From Candidatus Heimdallarchaeota archaeon (GTDB lineage Archaea > Asgardarchaeota > Heimdallarchaeia > Heimdallarchaeales > Kariarchaeaceae), in the NCBI GenBank assembly GCA_027016475.1, contig JALUTL010000450.1:1-7102 (forward strand): DNA of 7,102 bases, given 5' to 3'. The position numbers and the translations under genes are program-made. Below are positions 2,559-7,102 of this stretch, piece by piece (positions within the stretch are counted from its first letter, which is position 1; each line of letters begins with the position of its first letter). The notes below the pieces were generated by a model, which was not told the DNA's origin, ran no database searches, and was given only the letters and a program-made list of their open reading frames with translations.

Positions 2559-5510
2559 TCAAAACTGAAGGTTCCTGAACCTGTAGAACCCTTTGATTAC
2601 TTCAAGGACGAAAATTGGAATTAGAGCCAAACCAATTGCAATTAACCAATCCATAGGGGTTAACCAAATCATATCCACAAAAAGGCCTTGTGATCGAAGA
2701 TATGATTGTATAAATGGGGTGTACATGATTGCAAAATGAAAGACAGGGCCAAGAAGAACCATGAACCAAACAAATTTTGTACTGTTTTTTATTGAGTAAA
2801 CAATGCTTTTGTTGATTCGGCGAATTGAAAAAATAAGGATGGACTCTGTGAGATAAATGATTGTAATCAATATGGTTCTGGCTTTAGCTTGAGGATATGA
2901 TTCAGGTTGGAGTGGATTCCCTTCCGCTTTCAGCACAGGAGTGATACCATTGAGATTGGCTGAGAAGAAAGGGATCAGCTCATGATAAGCATAAAAGTAT
3001 CCCAAAAGAAGCACCGCTGAGAAGGAGATGAAAAAGAAAGCCATTGCAATAAACAATCGATGGTTAATGATTGCATCATGTTGTCGAGGTTTAAGTTTCA
3101 TTATATCTTCAGCATACGTATCAAAGATCAAAACGATCGGTGGAATTCCGTGCATGATGGAAAAAATATAGGCTCGTTGGATGTTGTTCAGAAGTACAAA
3201 CCCAGGAATGAAGGAGGTTGAAAAATATACAATCCCCTCAGCAATGTTTACTGCTATAAAGAAGAAGATAATCATCCTGATTTTGTCAAAGAGGGCTCGG
3301 CCCTGTTCAACTCCTTTGACAAGGCTGACGTAGGAATCATCGGCAAGAATGATGTCGGCCGCTTCTTTGGTAACTTCAGCACCTGTTATTCCCATCGCAA
3401 CTCCAGCGTCTGCAAGAGTTATTGCCAATGAATCGTTTACCCCATCCCCAGTCATGGCAACTACGTCCCCTCTTGCCTGATATTTTTCAACAATGATCTT
3501 TTTGTCTTGTGGCGACACCCGAGCAAAAACAGAGACCTTGAAGAATTCCTCATCAGTCAATTTGGGAATGTCCTTGCCTGAAATAACAATTTCATCGGGA
3601 TCCAATATTCCAACTTGAGCTGCAATTGTTGATGCTGTTTGAGGAGAGTCTCCTGTGATCATAATTGGAAAGATTCCTGCTTCATCAAGTTTGGCAACTG
3701 CATCCTTTGCACCCGGACGTGGTGGATCCAATAGACAGGCAAATCCAATATAAGTAAGTCCAGATTCCATCCAATCCCTCTCTTCTTGAGGGGTTTGAAA
3801 GGAAGGGATGTCTTTGACCGCCTTATATGTGACTGAAACGACTCGATAGCCAAGGTTTGCAAAGCTGTCTATATCCTTTTGAATTGCCGCTTTTTCTTCA
3901 TCACTAATAGGTCTTACCCGATCCATACCTTCGTTGCCGATATGGGTGCATCGTGGCAGAAGCACCTCTGAAGCACCCTTGGAAAAAATCATGTAGTCCC
4001 CTTCTTCAGTATCCTTGAAGAGTTTGGTCATTCTTTTGACGGTTGAACTAAAGGGGTAATCCTTAATCAAGTGGTACCGTTCCGTAATATAATTTCGATC
4101 AAGCGATGACCTATAGGCCAAAACCAAAAACGCGGCATCCGTTGCATTGCCTATTGCTTCCCAAAGAGTGACTCCTTTTTCGCCATAAACCTCATCAATT
4201 ACAATGGTTGCATCATTGTTCAGGGCAGTGGCAGTAAGAATCAACTCAAGGGCAGATCCTCTCCGAATTTGATTCATCTGAGTGAAGACAAATTGTTCAA
4301 TTTCTGAGGAGTCACGCTTCATGGTTTCGTCAATCATGAAAATTGAGACGTCTCCGGTTTCGTTGAACTTAACTGCATAGTAGTTTTCAGTGTCCCATAT
4401 ACGGGAAACTGTCATTTTTGATGTAGTCATCGTCCCAGTTTTGTCTGAGCATAGCACAGAAGTTCTGCCTAATGTTTCAATGACAGACAATTCCTTGACA
4501 ATGACATTTTCCGCAGCCATATGCAATACACCTGTTATGAGGACAATGGTTGTAAGTAGCGGAATGTTGATCGGCATCACAGACATCGCGGTAATTATGC
4601 TTTGAGTAAGATCTTGAGCTATGTTTTCTGCATCCATTGGAAGGTTGTCTGACCAGCGCACATACAGTTTGAATCCTATAGAAGCAATCAGCAAAACGAT
4701 CATGACTGCACCCAATCGTTTGCCAATCATGTTGACCCGCCGCCTGAGAGGGATATCCATTGTTTGCAATTGGGAAATTTCACTTGCTATTTGCCCTAGT
4801 TCAGTTTCATTGCCAATTCTCACTACAATTGCTTTTGCATTGCCAGTTTGGACAAAAGTTCCTAAATAAAGCATATTTTCTCTCTCAGCCAAAGCCGTAT
4901 CCTCTGGAAAAATGATATTGCCATCCTCAACTTTGTTGACTGCCTTGCTTTCACCTGTCAGTGATGCCTCATTAACGGTCAAATTCGACGATCGTATGAT
5001 TCTAAGGTCTGCCGGAATCCTATCCCCCATATTCACCTCAATCAGATCCCCAGGAACAAGGTATTTTGCCTCTATTTCTGAAAAAACACCTTCACGCATC
5101 ACCTTGGCTTTTGGTGGGGATAGCTCCTTAAGGGCATCAAGCTTCTTCTGTGCTCTGAATTGCTGGAAAATGGCAATTCCCATATTCAGTGAAATGATTG
5201 AAAGCCAAAAAATGACCTGACCCATTATTGGTGGATACCAAATGGCAAGGATTATCAAAAATCCAGTCATCACAAGATATATTGTGATGAGAGTATCAAA
5301 TAGCGGAGCCAAATAGATTTTCCAAAAGCTTGGTTTGTATGTGGCAACAGTATTGAGCCCATGTTTTTCCCTTAGGTTTCGCACTGTTTTCAATGGAAGA
5401 CCTTGATTGAGATCAGTACCGAAGAAATGTAAGATATCAGAAATAGGGAAGGTATGTTCTTTCCTCCAAAAGGGTTCCTTCATTTGACTCCAAAGGTCAA
5501 TGAATTCCAT
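2559..5510 (-). CDS. Cation-transporting P-type ATPase, P2-like architecture (10 predicted TM), with a non-canonical transport site
   Basis: 983-aa ORF with all the core motifs: TGES (LTGESKAV), DKTGT (nt 4431-4445), KGASE, DPPR, MITGD, MTGDGVNDS. It has an N-terminal Cation_ATPase_N-like segment (GL..TVRNLREKHGLN) and four C-terminal TM helices after TM6. TM4 reads PINIP (nt 4560-4574) where P2 pumps have PEGLP. Confidence 0.95.
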   Translation of the reverse strand: MEFIDLWSQMKEPFWRKEHTFPISDILHFFGTDLNQGLPLKTVRNLREKHGLNTVATYKPSFWKIYLAPLFDTLITIYLVMTGFLIILAIWYPPIMGQVIFWLSIISLNMGIAIFQQFRAQKKLDALKELSPPKAKVMREGVFSEIEAKYLVPGDLIEVNMGDRIPADLRIIRSSNLTVNEASLTGESKAVNKVEDGNIIFPEDTALAERENMLYLGTFVQTGNAKAIVVRIGNETELGQIASEISQLQTMDIPLRRRVNMIGKRLGAVMIVLLIASIGFKLYVRWSDNLPMDAENIAQDLTQSIITAMSVMPINIPLLTTIVLITGVLHMAAENVIVKELSVIETLGRTSVLCSDKTGTMTTSKMTVSRIWDTENYYAVKFNETGDVSIFMIDETMKRDSSEIEQFVFTQMNQIRRGSALELILTATALNNDATIVIDEVYGEKGVTLWEAIGNATDAAFLVLAYRSSLDRNYITERYHLIKDYPFSSTVKRMTKLFKDTEEGDYMIFSKGASEVLLPRCTHIGNEGMDRVRPISDEEKAAIQKDIDSFANLGYRVVSVTYKAVKDIPSFQTPQEERDWMESGLTYIGFACLLDPPRPGAKDAVAKLDEAGIFPIMITGDSPQTASTIAAQVGILDPDEIVISGKDIPKLTDEEFFKVSVFARVSPQDKKIIVEKYQARGDVVAMTGDGVNDSLAITLADAGVAMGITGAEVTKEAADIILADDSYVSLVKGVEQGRALFDKIRMIIFFFIAVNIAEGIVYFSTSFIPGFVLLNNIQRAYIFSIMHGIPPIVLIFDTYAEDIMKLKPRQHDAIINHRLFIAMAFFFISFSAVLLLGYFYAYHELIPFFSANLNGITPVLKAEGNPLQPESYPQAKARTILITIIYLTESILIFSIRRINKSIVYSIKNSTKFVWFMVLLGPVFHFAIMYTPFIQSYLRSQGLFVDMIWLTPMDWLIAIGLALIPIFVLEVIKGFYRFRNLQF

Positions 5511-5571
5511 GGTTTTTAAGCCTTAAGAGCTATTACTGTTGAATAATAGAATATTTGGAAAAATGATGAAC

Positions 5572-5874
5572 TTAGGAAAAGTGAGTGTTGAACAGCCTGA
5601 TCAAATATGGTGCAATTTGACCAAGCTCTTCAAAATAGTAGTCATAATACCCTAAATAAATGAGATGTAGATAACGCTCTTCGCCACGGTCATAGATTTG
5701 GAGCTCGATCTGGTCTGGATAGAATTCATACATCCAACCTTCCTTTGAATAAATTAGGAAACGGTGATCTGTAAGAAGATATGCTTCGCCATTGACCATA
5801 CCCTCGTCAATGACAAATTCACCGCCATGAAGGAACTCTCGGATTTTATCGAGATGAAGATGCTCCACAACCAA
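5572..5874 (-). CDS. Hypothetical protein, 100 aa (possibly a PH-like/beta-sandwich small domain)
   Basis: ORF with protein-like composition (…GEAYLLTDHRFLIYSKEGWMYEFYPDQIELQIYDRG…). It has no ATG start. The annotated start is TTG at 5874, with an alternative GTG at 5868. I recognise no family. Confidence 0.45.
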   Translation of the reverse strand: MVVEHLHLDKIREFLHGGEFVIDEGMVNGEAYLLTDHRFLIYSKEGWMYEFYPDQIELQIYDRGEERYLHLIYLGYYDYYFEELGQIAPYLIRLFNTHFS

Positions 5875-5909
5875 TATACACGTTTTTGCCTAATAGAGTT
5901 ATGGAAAGG

Positions 5910-5941
5910 TAACAATTCGACGTGGTTTGTCTGAATTGTTA
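5910..5941. repeat. Perfect 9-bp inverted repeat TAACAATTC / GAATTGTTA with a 14-nt spacer in the divergent intergenic region
   Basis: 5910-5918 is the exact reverse complement of 5933-5941. This is either a candidate operator or a hairpin. Confidence 0.3.
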
Positions 5942-6025
5942 GGCACGGAATTTAACAAATGTAATGAAAAGTAGTGATCAAATAGTCATCCGTAAAATGT
6001 TCACTTTGAAATCCCTCTTTCGGTC

Positions 6026-6033
6026 TTTATTAA
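6026..6033 (+). promoter_or_regulatory. Candidate TATA box (TTTATTAA) about 25 nt upstream of ATG 6055
   Basis: It matches an archaeal TATA consensus-like octamer at the canonical distance. An AAGGT 7 nt upstream of the ATG could alternatively serve as a weak SD. Confidence 0.35.
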
Positions 6034-6054
6034 TTCAAACAAGTAAGGTTAATC

Positions 6055-6390
6055 ATGGCCATGGAACTGGATACCAAATTCGAGTATATGAATGAGCATG
6101 ATTTCATGATCGAAATGATTTTGCCCAACAATGTTGCATGGGAATCAAGAACCATTCGTGAAGATCTTCAAATTGCGGAAAAACTTCAAGCTTTCTTGGT
6201 CAACGAATTCATTGAAATTCTTCTTGTGTCCAAATCCTTAGAGGAGAAGATTGAGGCCATTGAAAAATTAAGCGAATGGATTACACCACAGTTCCGTGAC
6301 GAAATACAAACTCTCAAGAGAATTTATGTGCATGAAACAAACCAAGCTGTCAAGAACTCAGTCAAGGATCTAATTGAAGCACTAGTTTAG
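6055..6390 (+). CDS. Hypothetical protein, 111 aa, predicted all-helical and acidic
   Basis: ORF with an ATG start and helical heptad-like composition (…EKLQAFLVNEFIEILLVSKSLEEKIEAIEKLSEW…AVKNSVKDLIEAL). I recognise no family. Confidence 0.5.
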   Translation: MAMELDTKFEYMNEHDFMIEMILPNNVAWESRTIREDLQIAEKLQAFLVNEFIEILLVSKSLEEKIEAIEKLSEWITPQFRDEIQTLKRIYVHETNQAVKNSVKDLIEALV

Positions 6391-6435
6391 GAAAAACATG
6401 GTCTTTTTAATCAGCGAATAGGATATTATGATAGA

Positions 6436-7102
6436 ATGGATGATACACCTCAAATTGACCATGTCATGGAAGTTTTGGGCATAAGTAGAAACCAGTTTGT
6501 TGTTCGCAGGGTCAACGGAAAAATACGTGTCGTTGAGCTGTATCTTCCAGAAATGCGAATGGTTGAAATTCCACCTGCTCTCAAGCTTAATTTCCCTTTT
6601 TTGGAAAAAATAAGTCTAGAATTGAACGATTTGAGTGAAATACCGGAAAATTTGTTTGCAAAGCTTCCTAATTTGAAAGAAGTGAACCTTTCGCGCAATA
6701 GGATAGAGGAAATTCCAAAAAAGCTTTTTTGGCACAATCGCCAGCTACGGTACATCTATTTGGGTGAAAACAGGATAAAACAAATCGAGGAAGGGACATT
6801 CAACCATCTTAGGTATTTGGAAGTTCTGGATTTGCACAGAAACGCAATGCATGAGCTACTTCCAACATTGATTCGAACTTTGGCATTGGAACGGCTTGAT
6901 CTTTCCAACAACGAAATTGGAAACATACCGCCAAACTTTTTCCAAGGTGTTGAGTTAAGTAAACTGAATCTTAAAGGAAACAGGCTTAAGGAAGTTGATT
7001 TTTCAGAATTTCCGTCGATGCTTGATACGGTAATTTTGAGTGAAAACCAGATTCATCGAATTAAGTTTGGGACACCGCAAAAAAAATTTGACAGATTACA
7101 AA
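6436..7102 (+). CDS. Leucine-rich repeat (LRR) protein, N-terminal part; the 3' end lies beyond the window
   Basis: My own translation from ATG 6436 stays open to the window end (222 codons). An in-frame TAG lies upstream at 6388-6390. After about 45 aa there are at least 7 consecutive 23-24-aa repeats of the typical LRR type, LxxLxLxxNxIxxIPxxLF (e.g. LPNLKEVNLSRNRIEEIPKKLFWH, LALERLDLSNNEIGNIPPNFFQG). Confidence 0.85.
   Translation, partial: MDDTPQIDHVMEVLGISRNQFVVRRVNGKIRVVELYLPEMRMVEIPPALKLNFPFLEKISLELNDLSEIPENLFAKLPNLKEVNLSRNRIEEIPKKLFWHNRQLRYIYLGENRIKQIEEGTFNHLRYLEVLDLHRNAMHELLPTLIRTLALERLDLSNNEIGNIPPNFFQGVELSKLNLKGNRLKEVDFSEFPSMLDTVILSENQIHRIKFGTPQKKFDRLQ

Noticed and set aside
2552-2561. 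The convergent SPOUT-like and ATPase genes are separated by only 4 nt between stop codons, leaving no room for terminators.
   Set aside because: Tight convergent spacing is common in compact archaeal genomes. I note it only as a constraint on 3' ends and do not treat it as a feature.
3659-5220. Track ORFs inside the ATPase gene: 3659-3862 (-), 4390-4605 (+), 4621-4869 (+), 4912-5220 (+).
   Set aside because: All are nested within, or antisense to, the 983-aa P-type ATPase CDS, whose motifs are continuous through these positions. The composition is typical of off-frame translation.
5563-5600. Possible C/D box sRNA: ATGATGA (5563-5569) followed 27 nt later by CTGA (5597-5600).
   Set aside because: The span is only 38 nt. 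There are no C'/D' boxes and no terminal stem, and it overlaps the 3' end of the 100-aa ORF. This is most likely a chance occurrence of short motifs.
6450-6755. 101-aa minus-strand ORF from the track.
   Set aside because: It is antisense to the LRR reading frame, which shows a clear 23-24-aa repeat periodicity. The minus-frame product is Ser/Arg/Leu-rich low-complexity sequence.

Overview
This looks like an archaeal chromosomal segment of about 40% GC. The cues are TATA-type promoters about 25 nt upstream of start codons, an archaeal-type phosphopantetheine adenylyltransferase, and a bulge-helix-bulge (BHB) RNA processing motif. I support seven protein genes. They are a circularly permuted RbgA/YlqF ribosome-biogenesis GTPase (135-941, -), archaeal PPAT (1447-1950, -), a small SPOUT/alpha-beta-knot-like protein (2096-2554, +), a 983-aa P-type ATPase (2559-5510, -), two small divergent hypothetical proteins (5572-5874, - and 6055-6390, +), and a leucine-rich-repeat protein that runs off the right edge (6436->7102, +; absent from the ORF track because it has no stop in the window). 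The outstanding feature is the GC-richer 'intergenic' block at 1101-1320 on the minus strand. It encodes a 5S rRNA whose two parts are in swapped order: the 3' two-thirds comes first and the 5' third comes second. The natural 5'/3' ends in helix I are joined by a 5-nt loop. The new ends fall in the helix III bulge and sit exactly inside a textbook BHB motif formed by leader and trailer: two 3-nt bulges on opposite strands, separated by a 4-bp helix. Symmetric cleavage would release a 122-nt segment, which is the size of a 5S rRNA. Ligation of that segment would restore a continuous helix III. A TATA box lies about 25 nt upstream of the leader, and T-runs follow the trailer. I read this as a circularly permuted 5S rRNA gene matured through the tRNA-splicing endonuclease/ligase pathway, probably as a circular RNA. 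I am not aware of this being described for 5S. All calls come from reading the sequence by eye. No homology searches, covariance models or folding programs were run.
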